A DNA stretch of 63,552 nucleotides, filler included. It is 7 parts of 7 records of this genome, joined end to end, with 100 filler letters (N's around TTAATTAATTAA, not from the genome) between each part and the next. Parts side by side here need not be neighbours in the genome. Positions count along the whole stretch, not along the records: positions 1 to 14,860 come from DRR723986_16507; positions 14,961 to 20,867 come from DRR723986_16512; 5 more parts are not named here. One strand, written 5' to 3'. A program made the translations under genes and the position numbers. Positions within the stretch are counted from its first letter, which is position 1. Each line of letters opens with the position of its first letter. The notes beneath the pieces were generated by a model. That model saw only the letters and a program-made list of their open reading frames with translations. It did not search any database and was not told the DNA's origin. Below are positions 9,266-19,093 of this stretch, one piece after another.

Positions 9266-9631
9266 TCACCCCGCGTTGAGGATGATGTCTTCTTCTTCGG
9301 AGGCCGCTTCGGCGTCCTTCTTGTCGAGGGCGACAATTTTCCTGTCGGCTTCATCCTCGGACAGATCCATCGGGGTCAGATCCTGGACGATGTCCGCTTC
9401 AGACGCTTCCAGTTCGGCTTCCACGTCTGTGTCGCTGTCGGCTTCGAACTCGAAGTCGTCCAGTTCCTCTTCCGCCTCGACATCAACCACGAGCCGGACA
9501 GCCTCCGCCGCCTTTCGCAAGGTGGCGATCACATGGTCGACCGAAACCCCTTCCTCCAGTTGATTGGCGGAAAGTTCCGCAAGGCTGGCCAGAGCCTTGA
9601 TGGTGGCGGTGGATCTCGGTTCAATCATCAT
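9266..9631 (-). CDS. Hypothetical acidic protein
   Basis: Open frame with helical N-half and Asp/Glu-rich C-half; no recognisable family. Confidence 0.6.
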   Translation of the reverse strand: MMIEPRSTATIKALASLAELSANQLEEGVSVDHVIATLRKAAEAVRLVVDVEAEEELDDFEFEADSDTDVEAELEASEADIVQDLTPMDLSEDEADRKIVALDKKDAEAASEEEDIILNAG

Positions 9632-9813
9632 GCGATCTCTCGACCTGTTGTACCGGCATATTCTGTGCCGCAGTGGCATTTCGAGGTCCGGCAGGGAGCA
9701 CGCCTTTGCCAGAAAAATGCTTACTGCAGTGTTAAGGAGTAGCGTAAATAAAAGGTTAACTCCGTTAACCGCAACGCTACATCATCGGCACCGTCAAAGA
9801 TCTGGAAATCGAA

Positions 9814-11247
9814 TTACTTGCGAGGACTTGGGGAAGGAACCGGAACGGTGAAATCCAGACCCTTGCGGAAGATCGATCCGGGTGAAGATTTCGAAAGTTC
9901 AACCGCGGCTCCCGGGCGTGACACGGTATCGCCACCCTGCGGAATTGCCCCTGCGGTTTTGGCATTGGCCGTCAGCTGCATCTTCGCCCGGATTTCGTTT
10001 TCTGCCCGCCGCACGGGATTGGCGACCGGCAGCGGTACGTCTTCCGCGGCAATATCCTCGCCCGCGATGGCTGCCACCGCTTCGCTGGCGGCACCGGCGG
10101 GAACGGTGCCCGGGCTGACGGAAGGCGACCCTTTCGGGTTGCCGAGGCCGACATCCAGCGGACGGTAGGCAATCCGGCGAGGGCCGAGCGTACGATCAAG
10201 GATCTTTGCCCAGTCCGGTTTGCCGTTGGACAGCTTGAAACCGCTGTCGTCGAGCTTGTCCTCATCGGACTTGTTGGCCTTGGCGAAGAACAGGAACCCG
10301 CCCTGCTTTTCCTTTTCCATGTCGAACCGGGCCATGTAACCCTTGGGACCCGGGCTCTTGTTGCGCCGGCAATAACCGTCGGCCGGCGGATTGCCGCTGG
10401 TGCCCGAAAGGCTCGTGATGCTACGGCCGCCGCGCTTGCGGAACCCTTCGTCAAAAAGCTGGCGTGCAAAGGCGGTGCGCTCCAGACCGGAACCCGCGCC
10501 AAGGATAATCGCGATCAGGGTCTTGTTGCCGCGCGTCGCGGAGGCGGCAACATTGTACCCGGAATTGCAGATGTAGCCGGTCTTCATGCCATTGGCGCCG
10601 GGCACGCGCAGCAGGAATTCCCGATTGGCCGACCGCAGGGTCTTCTTGCCGAAGCGGATCCCCGGGTGGTCATAGTAGTTTCGGGATTCCGGAAAGTCCC
10701 GGCGCAGCGCCAGGGCCAGAATGGCAAGGTCCCGCGCCGTGGTCACCTGCCGGTTGTCTGGCAGACCATGCGGATTGTAGAACCGGGTATTGGACATTCC
10801 CAGGCGCTGAGCTTCCGCATTCATCATGGCGATGAAGCCGGCTTCAGATCCCGCGATCGACTCGCCGAGCGCTACCGCAACATCGTTGGCCGACTTGATC
10901 AGAATGATCTTTAGCGCCGTGTCGACAGTGAACCGCGTCCCGACCTTGAACCCCATCTTGCTGGGTGGTTCGGCCGCGGAGTTCTTGGATTGCACGACCG
11001 CGCTGTCGAGCGAGGCGCGGCCTTCGCGGATCGCCTTGAAGGTGACATAGGCTGTCATGAGCTTGGTGAGTGAGGCCGGGTACCACTTGCGCGTGGCGTT
11101 TTCCTGCTCGATCACAGCGCCGGAACTCGCGTCGATCAGGACATAGGCACCTATATCCGCCCGTGCCTGGCTCATGGCCAGACTCATCACAAGAGCGGTT
11201 ACGGTCAGACAAACGGAAGTCAGGCGGCCAATCGGGCTCAAAAACAC
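9814..11247 (-). CDS. D-alanyl-D-alanine carboxypeptidase (peptidase S11)
   Basis: Signal peptide, SLTK (SxxK), SAN (SxN) and KTG motifs. Confidence 0.92.
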   Translation of the reverse strand: MFLSPIGRLTSVCLTVTALVMSLAMSQARADIGAYVLIDASSGAVIEQENATRKWYPASLTKLMTAYVTFKAIREGRASLDSAVVQSKNSAAEPPSKMGFKVGTRFTVDTALKIILIKSANDVAVALGESIAGSEAGFIAMMNAEAQRLGMSNTRFYNPHGLPDNRQVTTARDLAILALALRRDFPESRNYYDHPGIRFGKKTLRSANREFLLRVPGANGMKTGYICNSGYNVAASATRGNKTLIAIILGAGSGLERTAFARQLFDEGFRKRGGRSITSLSGTSGNPPADGYCRRNKSPGPKGYMARFDMEKEKQGGFLFFAKANKSDEDKLDDSGFKLSNGKPDWAKILDRTLGPRRIAYRPLDVGLGNPKGSPSVSPGTVPAGAASEAVAAIAGEDIAAEDVPLPVANPVRRAENEIRAKMQLTANAKTAGAIPQGGDTVSRPGAAVELSKSSPGSIFRKGLDFTVPVPSPSPRK

Positions 11248-11374
11248 GGTTTCCCTCGCTCGTCATCCAGCGGATGACACGTCGCAATTGGGCAATGGCA
11301 GTATGAATAGCTGCTGTCTTCTTAAAAAACCGGAACATCGGCGCGAGAGCAACCCCTTCCTCAAATCCACTCCA

Positions 11375-11410
11375 CGCCAATCTTTCTTGCAATTGCCTTA
11401 TTTTTGAGCA
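11375..11410. promoter_or_regulatory. Putative tandem NtrC-type enhancer boxes upstream of the urease operon
   Basis: CGCCAATCTTTCTTGCA (11375-11391) and TGCCTTATTTTTGAGCA (11394-11410), GC-N11-GCA spacing, about 85-120 nt upstream of a sigma54 motif. Confidence 0.5.
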
Positions 11411-11492
11411 ACTTTTGCGAGCAGGCATTGATAAGCTGCGGGAAACAGGGACTTTTTTCGCCGGTGTCGTCTTGCCTTTCCACTTGCCGGCC

Positions 11493-11509
11493 TTGGCCCG
11501 GCTCTTGCT
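11493..11509 (+). promoter_or_regulatory. Putative sigma54 (-24/-12) promoter of the ure operon
   Basis: TTGGCCCGGCTCTTGCT, with GG-N10-GC spacing. Confidence 0.65.
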
Positions 11510-11621
11510 AAGATTGCCGAGGGCATATTGCCCATTGCGGCCCGGCGACGGTCTGGACCAATTTGAACAGATGTGAAAAATAACAATGACTGAATGAGCC
11601 CGCAGGGGGGGCGGTCAAGCA

Positions 11622-12476
11622 ATGTATGATGCTGGTCTGGCATCAGAAACGGGCGGGAAAGCCGTAGTTCTGCAGCGCGTGAAAGGCATCGGCAAGGTGC
11701 GTTTTTCGGCGCCGGATGGCAAAACCCGTCTGACCGATCTGTATCAGAGCGGGTCGGCCAAGGTTCGCCTGCCGAAGGTCTATGATACCCCTGCCACAGC
11801 CGTTCTCATCAACACCGCCGGTGGTCTCACCGGAGGCGACCAGCTCGACTATGAAGTCGGCGCTGACGCCGGTGTACACGTAATTGTGACCAGCCAGACG
11901 GCCGAACGTGCCTACCGCAGCCCGGGCGGCACCGCCCAGGTGAGCGGGCATTTCACGGTCGGAGCCGGTGCGACCCTGGAATGGCTGCCCCAGGAAACCA
12001 TCCTTTTCAACGCCTCGCGCCTTCGCCGCACGCTGCAGGCGGACGTGGAAGGTGACGCAAGGCTGATGATGGTCGAATCCTTCGTCCTTGGCCGAAAGGC
12101 GATGGGCGAGCAGGTCAAGTCCGTATTCTACCGCGACAGCTGGCGCATCCGCCGGGACGGGAAGCTGGTGTTTGCCGACGACATCCGGCTGGATGGCGAC
12201 CCGGCCGACGCGCTGACCGGCCCGGCTACGGCCGCCGGCGCCCTGGCCGCGGCAACCTTTGTCGATTGCTCCGCCGATGCCGAAGACCGGCTCGCCAGGG
12301 CAAGAGAGCTGATCGAAACATTGCCGGATGGAACCGCCCAGGCGGCCGCCAGCGCCTGGAACGGCTTGCTGATAACCCGGTTTGTGTCCAATGATGGCCG
12401 CGGCTTGCGCACGGCCCTGATGTCGTTTCTCACCGGATACCGAATGACGGCGCTGCCGCGCGTCTGGTATTGCTGA
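11622..12476 (+). CDS. ureD: Urease accessory protein UreD
   Basis: NTAGGLTGGD, TSQTAERAY, EWLPQETILF and C-terminal LPRVW; first gene of the ure operon. Confidence 0.93.
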   Translation: MYDAGLASETGGKAVVLQRVKGIGKVRFSAPDGKTRLTDLYQSGSAKVRLPKVYDTPATAVLINTAGGLTGGDQLDYEVGADAGVHVIVTSQTAERAYRSPGGTAQVSGHFTVGAGATLEWLPQETILFNASRLRRTLQADVEGDARLMMVESFVLGRKAMGEQVKSVFYRDSWRIRRDGKLVFADDIRLDGDPADALTGPATAAGALAAATFVDCSADAEDRLARARELIETLPDGTAQAAASAWNGLLITRFVSNDGRGLRTALMSFLTGYRMTALPRVWYC

Positions 12477-12494
12477 TTTGGAGGACTTTCTTTC

Positions 12495-12797
12495 ATGAAC
12501 CTGACGCCCCGCGAAAAGGACAAGTTGCTCATTTCCATGGCCGCGATGGTCGCCCGCCGCCGCCTGGAACGGGGCGTGAAGCTGAACCATCCGGAAGCCG
12601 TCGCCCTGATCACCGATTTTGTTGTCGAGGGGGCCCGTGACGGGCGCACCGTTGCCGACCTGATGTCCGCGGGCGCCAAGGTACTGACACGCGACCAGGT
12701 GATGGAAGGCGTGTCCGAGATGATTCACGATGTTCAGGTCGAGGCGACCTTTCCTGACGGCACCAAGCTCGTGACCGTGCACGAACCGATCCGCTGA
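12495..12797 (+). CDS. ureA: Urease gamma subunit
   Basis: [11 protein letters not shown]...[18 protein letters not shown]. Confidence 0.98.
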   Translation: MNLTPREKDKLLISMAAMVARRRLERGVKLNHPEAVALITDFVVEGARDGRTVADLMSAGAKVLTRDQVMEGVSEMIHDVQVEATFPDGTKLVTVHEPIR

Positions 12798-12820
12798 CCG
12801 CAATTTCCAAGGAGACGAGC

Positions 12821-13126
12821 ATGATCCCCGGAGAACTGTTTCCCGCCGAAGGCGAGATCGAACTGAACACAGGCCTTGAGACCGTAACGGTGGAAGTCGC
12901 CAACACGGGTGACCGGCCGATTCAGGTCGGCAGCCACTATCACTTCTTCGAAACCAATGAAGGCCTGTCTTTCGACCGGGAAAAGACCCGCGGCATGCGC
13001 CTGGATATTCCCGCAGGCACAGCCGTGCGCTTCGAGCCCGGCCAATCCAGATCCGTGACGCTGGTGCCTTATCGCGGCAGCCGCACGGTCTACGGCTTCA
13101 ACCAGAAGGTCATGGGCGAATTGTGA
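12821..13126 (+). CDS. ureB: Urease beta subunit
   Basis: MIPGE...[17 protein letters not shown]...[15 protein letters not shown]. Confidence 0.98.
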   Translation: MIPGELFPAEGEIELNTGLETVTVEVANTGDRPIQVGSHYHFFETNEGLSFDREKTRGMRLDIPAGTAVRFEPGQSRSVTLVPYRGSRTVYGFNQKVMGEL

Positions 13127-13545
13127 TCAGATCCGCATCATCTCTTTCGTTTTCGCTGATTGGGCTCGGTCTTCTGCTCATCGGACCTGTCGCCGCGCAG
13201 GAAACACCCAACTGCGAAAATGCCATGACGCAGTCGGAGATGACCCAGTGTGCCAACATCGACTGGCTGAAGGCGGATGCGGAACTGAACGCGGTCTACA
13301 GATCCGCAATGGAAAAGATGACCGAGACCGACGCTTATTTGCCGGAAGGGCTGAAGGGGGCGGTCGAAACATTGCGCGAAGCCCAGCGTGCCTGGATCCC
13401 CTATCGTGACAAGGCCTGCGACGCCTACGGCTTTCTGGCCCGCGGCGGAACCATGGAACCCATGCTGGTCTACGGCTGCCGCGCAGATCTGACCCGCAAC
13501 CGCATCGACGAGCTGAGACAGCTCAGTGAAGGTCTGGGGAATTGA
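13123..13545 (+). CDS. LprI/DUF1311-family secreted protein
   Basis: Signal peptide, [36 protein letters not shown]. Confidence 0.85.
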   Translation: MIRSASSLSFSLIGLGLLLIGPVAAQETPNCENAMTQSEMTQCANIDWLKADAELNAVYRSAMEKMTETDAYLPEGLKGAVETLREAQRAWIPYRDKACDAYGFLARGGTMEPMLVYGCRADLTRNRIDELRQLSEGLGN

Positions 13546-13976
13546 TGCCTGTGCGCGGTGTGACCCTTCCTGCTTTAGCCCTGTTTCTGGCCACCGCCGG
13601 CACAGCGATTGCTGAGGAAGAGAAGGTCAACGACAACATCGACTGCGGCTATCCGCTGACCGAAGCCGAACGCAGCTTTTGTGCCGACAAGGCCCTGGAA
13701 GACGCTGACACGCGCATGAAGGAAGCCTTTGACCGGCTGCGAACAAGGCTGGTCGAGATCGATGCGGAATTGCCGGAGCACCTGAAGGGCGCCCCCGCCA
13801 GCCTCGATGATGCCCAGGCCGCCTGGAAAACCTACGCCGACAAGGATTGCACCGCCTACAGCTTCCCCTTCAGGGGCGGCACACGCGGCAACGAACTGTA
13901 CCGGAACTGCCTGATCGTCCTCACCATGAAACGCACAGAGGATCTGGATGCGACGGTTGAGGACTACGCGAATTAA
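13542..13976 (+). CDS. LprI/DUF1311-family secreted protein (second copy)
   Basis: Signal peptide, four Cys with the same spacing, AQAAWKTYADKDC, RGGT. Confidence 0.8.
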   Translation: MMPVRGVTLPALALFLATAGTAIAEEEKVNDNIDCGYPLTEAERSFCADKALEDADTRMKEAFDRLRTRLVEIDAELPEHLKGAPASLDDAQAAWKTYADKDCTAYSFPFRGGTRGNELYRNCLIVLTMKRTEDLDATVEDYAN

Positions 13977-14012
13977 ACACACCGATTTCTGATCGCCGAT
14001 TGGAGACTAGAT

Positions 14013-14860
14013 ATGGCCTACAAGATGCCCCGCGCCGCTTATGCGGACATGTTCGGACCGACAACCGGCGACAGGCTGCGCCTTGCGGATACCGATCTCA
14101 TCATCGAGGTGGAAAAGGATTTCACCACCTATGGCGACGAGGTGAAGTTCGGTGGTGGCAAGGTTATCCGTGACGGCATGGGCCAGTCCCAGGCACCCCG
14201 TTCCGCCGGCGCTGTCGACACGGTCATCACCAATGTGCTGATCATCGACCACTGGGGTATCGTCAAGGCCGATGTCGGGCTGAAGGACGGCCGGATCGTC
14301 GGCATCGGCAAGGCCGGTAACCCGGATGTCCAGAACGGTGTCGACATCATCGTCGGTCCCGGCACGGAAGCGATCGCCGGGGAGGGCAAGATCCTCACCG
14401 CAGGTTCGATCGACGCCCATATCCACTACATCTGCCCGCAGCAGATCGATGAAGCCCTGTGCTCCGGCGTGACCACCATGATCGGCGGCGGCACCGGTCC
14501 GGCAACGGGCACCAACGCGACCACCTGTACACCCGGCCCGTGGCACATCACCCGGATGCTTCAGGCTGCCGACAGCTTTCCGATGAACCTCATCTTCGCC
14601 GGCAAGGGCAACGCATCCCTGCCTGCCGCGCTGGAAGAGCAGGTGATGGCAGGGGCTGCTGCCCTCAAGATCCACGAAGACTGGGGCTCCACACCGGCAA
14701 CCATCGACAACTGCCTGTCGGTTGCCGATGAATACGACGTCCAGGTGATGATCCACACCGACACCTTGAACGAGTCCGGTTTTGTCGAGAACACCACCGC
14801 TGCGTTCAAGAACCGCACCATCCACGCCTTCCACACCGAAGGCGCCGGCGGCGGCCACGC
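14013..14860 (+). CDS. ureC: Urease alpha subunit (truncated by contig end)
   Basis: [53 protein letters not shown]. Confidence 0.98.
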
Positions 14861-14960
14861 NNNNNNNNNNNNNNNNNNNNNNNNNNNNNNNNNNNNNNNN
14901 NNNNTTAATTAATTAANNNNNNNNNNNNNNNNNNNNNNNNNNNNNNNNNNNNNNNNNNNN
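14861..14960. other. Artificial contig spacer
   Basis: 44 N + TTAATTAATTAA (stops in all six frames) + 44 N. Confidence 0.99.
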
Positions 14961-16319
14961 GTCTATTGCGGCACCCGCGCCAAGACCGAAACACTGGCTA
15001 AGGCGCTGCGGGATGCCGGGCACACCGCCTGCCACTATCATGGCGGGATGGAAGCCGAGGACCGCCGCATCGTCGAACGTCGGTTCGCGCAAGAGGATGG
15101 GTTGGTTGTGGTTGCCACGATCGCTTTCGGCATGGGCGTGGACAAGCCGGATATAAGGTGGGTGGCTCATGCGGACCTGCCCAAATCCATCGAGGCCTAT
15201 TATCAGGAAATCGGCCGCGCGGGTCGTGACGGCGCGCCTGCCGATACGCTGACGCTGTTCGGCCCCGATGACATCCGCTTCCGCAGAAGCCAGATTGATG
15301 AAGGCCTCGCCCCGCCGGACCGCAAATCCGCCGATCACGCGCGCCTGAATGCGCTTCTTGGGCTGGCCGAGGCCACGGGGTGCCGCCGTCAGGTGCTGCT
15401 TGGCTATTTCGGCGAAGACCCGGACCCTTGCGGAAATTGCGATATGTGCAACGACCCGCCCGATCTGTTCGACGGCGGTGTTGCGGTGCAAAAGGCGCTG
15501 TCGGCCATGCTGCGCACCGGTGAGAGCTTTGGTGCGGGGCACCTGATCGACATCCTGATCGGTGCCGATACCGAGAAGGTGCGTCAGCGCGGCCATGATG
15601 CCTTGCCCACCTATGGCGTGGGCACGGAATTTGATCGGCGCGGTTGGCAGGCTGTTTTCCGGCAGATGGCCGCCCATGATCTGGTGCGTCCTGATCCCGA
15701 CCGTCACGGCGCGCTGTTCATGACCGACAAGGCCCGCCCCATCCTGCGCGGCGAAGAAGGCATAACACTGCGCCGCGACACGATCCGCAAAGCCGCGCGC
15801 CGACCCGCCGTCAAGATGCTGGTCAGTGAGGAAGACGCGCCGCTTCTGTCCGCGCTCAAGGCCAAGCGCCGGGCCCTGGCTGAAGACGCGGGCGTGCCGG
15901 CCTATGTGATCTTTACCGACAAGACCCTGATCGAGATGGCCGAAACCCGGCCCGCGACGCTTGACCAGATGGCAAGGGTCGGCGGCGTTGGCGCCACCAA
16001 GCTGGATCGCTACGGCGCAATGTTTCTGGAGGTCATCACCGGCGACACACCGGCACGAGACCACCCACAACGCCGCAAACTGGCCGGGCGCGATGCGGGC
16101 CCTATATTCGATCAATTGATACAGGCGCAGGTGGATCTGGCGCGGGGAGAGATGGGGACAGAGAAATTCCTGTCCTGCACCCATTCCACCATCCGCCAGA
16201 TCGCGGAACGCCGCCCCGATACGCTGGATGATCTGGCGCGTATTCAGGGCATGGGGGACTTGAAGGTGGAACGCTTCGGATCGGCGTTCCTCGAGGTGAT
16301 AAGGGGAAGCGAATGCTGA
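14961..16319 (+). CDS. recQ: RecQ DNA helicase, C-terminal part (RQC plus two HRDC-like domains)
   Basis: ATIAFGMGVDKPD, YYQEIGRAGRDG, CRR..CGNCDMC zinc site, PAYVIFTDKTL. Confidence 0.95.
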   Translation, partial: VYCGTRAKTETLAKALRDAGHTACHYHGGMEAEDRRIVERRFAQEDGLVVVATIAFGMGVDKPDIRWVAHADLPKSIEAYYQEIGRAGRDGAPADTLTLFGPDDIRFRRSQIDEGLAPPDRKSADHARLNALLGLAEATGCRRQVLLGYFGEDPDPCGNCDMCNDPPDLFDGGVAVQKALSAMLRTGESFGAGHLIDILIGADTEKVRQRGHDALPTYGVGTEFDRRGWQAVFRQMAAHDLVRPDPDRHGALFMTDKARPILRGEEGITLRRDTIRKAARRPAVKMLVSEEDAPLLSALKAKRRALAEDAGVPAYVIFTDKTLIEMAETRPATLDQMARVGGVGATKLDRYGAMFLEVITGDTPARDHPQRRKLAGRDAGPIFDQLIQAQVDLARGEMGTEKFLSCTHSTIRQIAERRPDTLDDLARIQGMGDLKVERFGSAFLEVIRGSEC

Positions 16320-17080
16320 TCGTCGTCTCACCAGCCAAAAAGCTCGATTGGGCAGCGCGTGACGTGGACATGACCACGCCGATGTTTCAGCAGGATGCCG
16401 ATCATCTGGCAAAGGTCGCACAGGGGCTGTCCGTGACCGACCTGCAAAAGCTGATGCACATCAGCGAACCGCTTGGCAAGCTGAACCGGGATCGCTTTGC
16501 CCGGTTCCATGATCACGCCGAAAAGCGCCCTGCCGTGCTGGCTTTTGCCGGGGACACCTATACAGGGCTGGAGGCCGCCAGCCTCGATGCCGAGGAAATG
16601 GCATTTGCGCAGGATCACCTGCGGATTCTGTCGGGGCTTTACGGCATTTTGCGCCCGCTGGACGCAATGCAGGAATACCGGCTGGAAATGGGCAGCCGCC
16701 TGAAAACAGACCGCGGCAGGTCCCTCTATGATTATTGGGGCGGTCAGATCGCCGAGGCCCTGAATGCCGAAGCGGACCGCACAGGCACCGATACCCTGAT
16801 CAACTGCGCCTCGGTGGAGTACTTCTCGGCCGTAAAACCGGACGTTCTGCGACCTCGGGTCATCACCCCCCAGTTTCTGGAAGAAAAGCCGGGCGGCCCC
16901 AAGGTGGTCAGCTTCTTCGCCAAGAAGGCGCGTGGGGCGATGGCGCGGTTCATCATCCAGAACCGATTGCGTGACCCGGCGGGGATACTCGACTTCGACA
17001 GTGGCGGCTATCGCTACGAACCGGATCTGAGCGAACCGGACCGCCCCGCTTTCTACCGTCCTGCAATGGCTGAAGCTTAG
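16313..17080 (+). CDS. yaaA: Peroxide stress protein YaaA
   Basis: MLIVVSPAKKL, LSGLYGILRPLD, YRLEMG and AKKARG motifs. Confidence 0.95.
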   Translation: MLIVVSPAKKLDWAARDVDMTTPMFQQDADHLAKVAQGLSVTDLQKLMHISEPLGKLNRDRFARFHDHAEKRPAVLAFAGDTYTGLEAASLDAEEMAFAQDHLRILSGLYGILRPLDAMQEYRLEMGSRLKTDRGRSLYDYWGGQIAEALNAEADRTGTDTLINCASVEYFSAVKPDVLRPRVITPQFLEEKPGGPKVVSFFAKKARGAMARFIIQNRLRDPAGILDFDSGGYRYEPDLSEPDRPAFYRPAMAEA

Positions 17081-17140
17081 CGTGCCCAATCAAGGGGCGT
17101 GGAAGGCCCTTGAGCGGTCTTCAAACGCTTTGGCGCGCGA

Positions 17141-17587
17141 CTAGCAGATAGTGCAGCCCATGGCCCTTGTGGGGGGCGTGGGGGTGTAGCCTTCGTCCAG
17201 AACCCGCACCATGCCCCCCGCCACGTCGATCACCGGCACTTGGACAGCCGCGGCGATCTGGCGTGTCGCGCGGGATGTGCGGTTGCCGGTCCGGCAGATC
17301 AACGCAAGGCTCTGCCCGTCCTGAAGATGCGGGCGCACAGCGGCAAGAAAGCTGTCGCGGTCGGCATAGGTCAGCAACAGCGCGCCCTCGACAACTCCGG
17401 TGTCCTGCCATTCCTCGGGGCGCCTGATATCGACCAGCAGGATCGAGGGATCGCCCGCCAACGCCTCGCCCGAAAGGCTCGCCAGTGTCAGGTTTTCGGG
17501 CCCGCGCCCGCGCCCGAACAGAAATCCCGCAGCGGCAATGGCAAGTGCAGCGGCGGATCCGAAGGAAAGGAAAAGGCGTCTGTCCAT
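17141..17587 (-). CDS. Rhodanese-like domain protein with Tat-type signal
   Basis: DRRLFL twin-arginine leader, VDIRRPEEW, CRTGNRT active loop. Confidence 0.85.
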   Translation of the reverse strand: MDRRLFLSFGSAAALAIAAAGFLFGRGRGPENLTLASLSGEALAGDPSILLVDIRRPEEWQDTGVVEGALLLTYADRDSFLAAVRPHLQDGQSLALICRTGNRTSRATRQIAAAVQVPVIDVAGGMVRVLDEGYTPTPPTRAMGCTIC

Positions 17588-17708
17588 GGCGGGTCTTTCG
17601 GAATACAGGTCAGGAATGCGGCGCATGTAGTCCCGCGCGGCGCGCGCTTCAACCGCCCGGTTTCGGTGGCATTGTCGCAGGCTTCGTGATCTTCTGTCCG
17701 CAAGCGGT

Positions 17709-18416
17709 ATGTGCAGGAGATTAGGTGCGGTGCTTCATCCGTTCGGAGCCAACCTGTGGCTGGTTGATGGCGGCGAAATCAGGGCCGCCGCCGGGTTTCA
17801 CTACCCCACACGCATGGCGGTGGTGCGGTTGGCCGATGGCGGGTTGTGGCTCTGGTCACCCGTGCGCCTGACGCCCGCAATCCTGGAGGCTCTCGAAACG
17901 CTCGGACCCGTCCATCACATTGTCGCGCCCAACAAACTGCATCACATGGCGCTGGCCGATTGGGCGTATTTCTGCCCTGACGCGCATATTCATGCAGGTC
18001 CGGGGCTGCGCGCGAAACGTGCGGATATCGCCTTTGCCAGCGATCTGGGGGCTGGGCCTTCACCGGATTGGGTCGGGCAGATTGACCAGGTGATCTTCCC
18101 CAATGCCATCGCGGACGAGGTCGTGTTCTTCCATAGGGAAAGCGGCACGTTGCTGTTCACCGATCTACTGCAACAGATGCCTCGGGGCTGGTATCGCGGG
18201 TGGCGGCGGATGGTTGCGTGGCTTGACCTGATGTCCGGTCGGGAACCGCAGGTGCCGCGCAAGTTTCGCATGGCAACGCGAGACAAACCCGCAGCCCGTG
18301 CGGCCTTGGCGACAGTCAGGGCGTGGCAGCCGAAACAGGTGGCCATGGCCCATGGCTCGCCTGTCACCGAAAACCCCGATGCGTTCCTGACCCGCGCTTT
18401 TGCGTGGCTTGGCTGA
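17709..18416 (+). CDS. DUF4336 domain protein
   Basis: TRMAVVRL..LWLWSP, APNKLHH, EVVFFH..TDL, MAHG; start may be GTG 17730. Confidence 0.85.
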   Translation: MCRRLGAVLHPFGANLWLVDGGEIRAAAGFHYPTRMAVVRLADGGLWLWSPVRLTPAILEALETLGPVHHIVAPNKLHHMALADWAYFCPDAHIHAGPGLRAKRADIAFASDLGAGPSPDWVGQIDQVIFPNAIADEVVFFHRESGTLLFTDLLQQMPRGWYRGWRRMVAWLDLMSGREPQVPRKFRMATRDKPAARAALATVRAWQPKQVAMAHGSPVTENPDAFLTRAFAWLG

Positions 18417-18419
18417 CGG

Positions 18420-18734
18420 TCAGTCGGTCTTGCCCACATTCTCGGCAAAGGCCTTCTCGAACGCAGCCTGCTTTTCCGGGCTTGCCTCGGTCTGATTCCG
18501 GTCCTTCCAGACGTCATAGGGCATACCATAATAGGCCTCGCGCCCTTCTTCCTTGGTCATCGCCACACCGCGTTCATTCGCGGCTTCCTGATACCAGCGA
18601 GACAGGCAGTTGCGGCAGAAGCCGGCCATGTTCATCAGGTCGATGTTCTGCACGTCGGGCCTGTCTTCCATCAGGTGCTGGCGCAGGCGGCGAAAGGCAG
18701 CTGCTTCGATCTCGATGCGGGTCTGGTCGTCCAT
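18420..18734 (-). CDS. DUF1244 domain protein
   Basis: EAAAFRRL..VQNIDLMNMAGFCRNCLSRW..YGMPY. Confidence 0.92.
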   Translation of the reverse strand: MDDQTRIEIEAAAFRRLRQHLMEDRPDVQNIDLMNMAGFCRNCLSRWYQEAANERGVAMTKEEGREAYYGMPYDVWKDRNQTEASPEKQAAFEKAFAENVGKTD

Positions 18735-18748
18735 CCTGTTTCTCCTTC

Positions 18749-19081
18749 TCACAACACGCGCTTGGTGTAGGCGGCGCTAAGCTGTCCGATATCGACGGAC
18801 AGCGATCCGACATGGGGCAGATGCGACTGCAACACGGCCAGCACGGTCTGCGCAAGGTCCGCTTTGGTCGGATCATCCCGGCCCGGAAGCAGCAAGAGGT
18901 CGGCATGGACAAAGCTTTGCGGCTCGGTTCCGATGCGCCAATGCGGGCAGGGCAGGGTACGCACCTTCAGGCTTTCGGGATGCGGAATGGCATCATGGGC
19001 GGCCAGTGCGTCATACAGCGCGTCGCAAAGCGCGTGGCTCGCCTCGACATTCGCCGAATGCTGCACGATCAGATGGGGCAT
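18749..19081 (-). CDS. 5-carboxymethyl-2-hydroxymuconate isomerase-like tautomerase
   Basis: N-terminal MPH (catalytic Pro), KVR, PGR, SVDI pattern. Confidence 0.8.
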   Translation of the reverse strand: MPHLIVQHSANVEASHALCDALYDALAAHDAIPHPESLKVRTLPCPHWRIGTEPQSFVHADLLLLPGRDDPTKADLAQTVLAVLQSHLPHVGSLSVDIGQLSAAYTKRVL

Positions 19082-19093
19082 GGCGTGGTCCTT

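Noticed and set aside
14905-14916. Recurring TTAATTAATTAA as a biological repeat or CRISPR-like unit
   Set aside because: Always centred in 44+44 N; a synthetic linker. ORFs containing X runs or ending LIN are artefacts.
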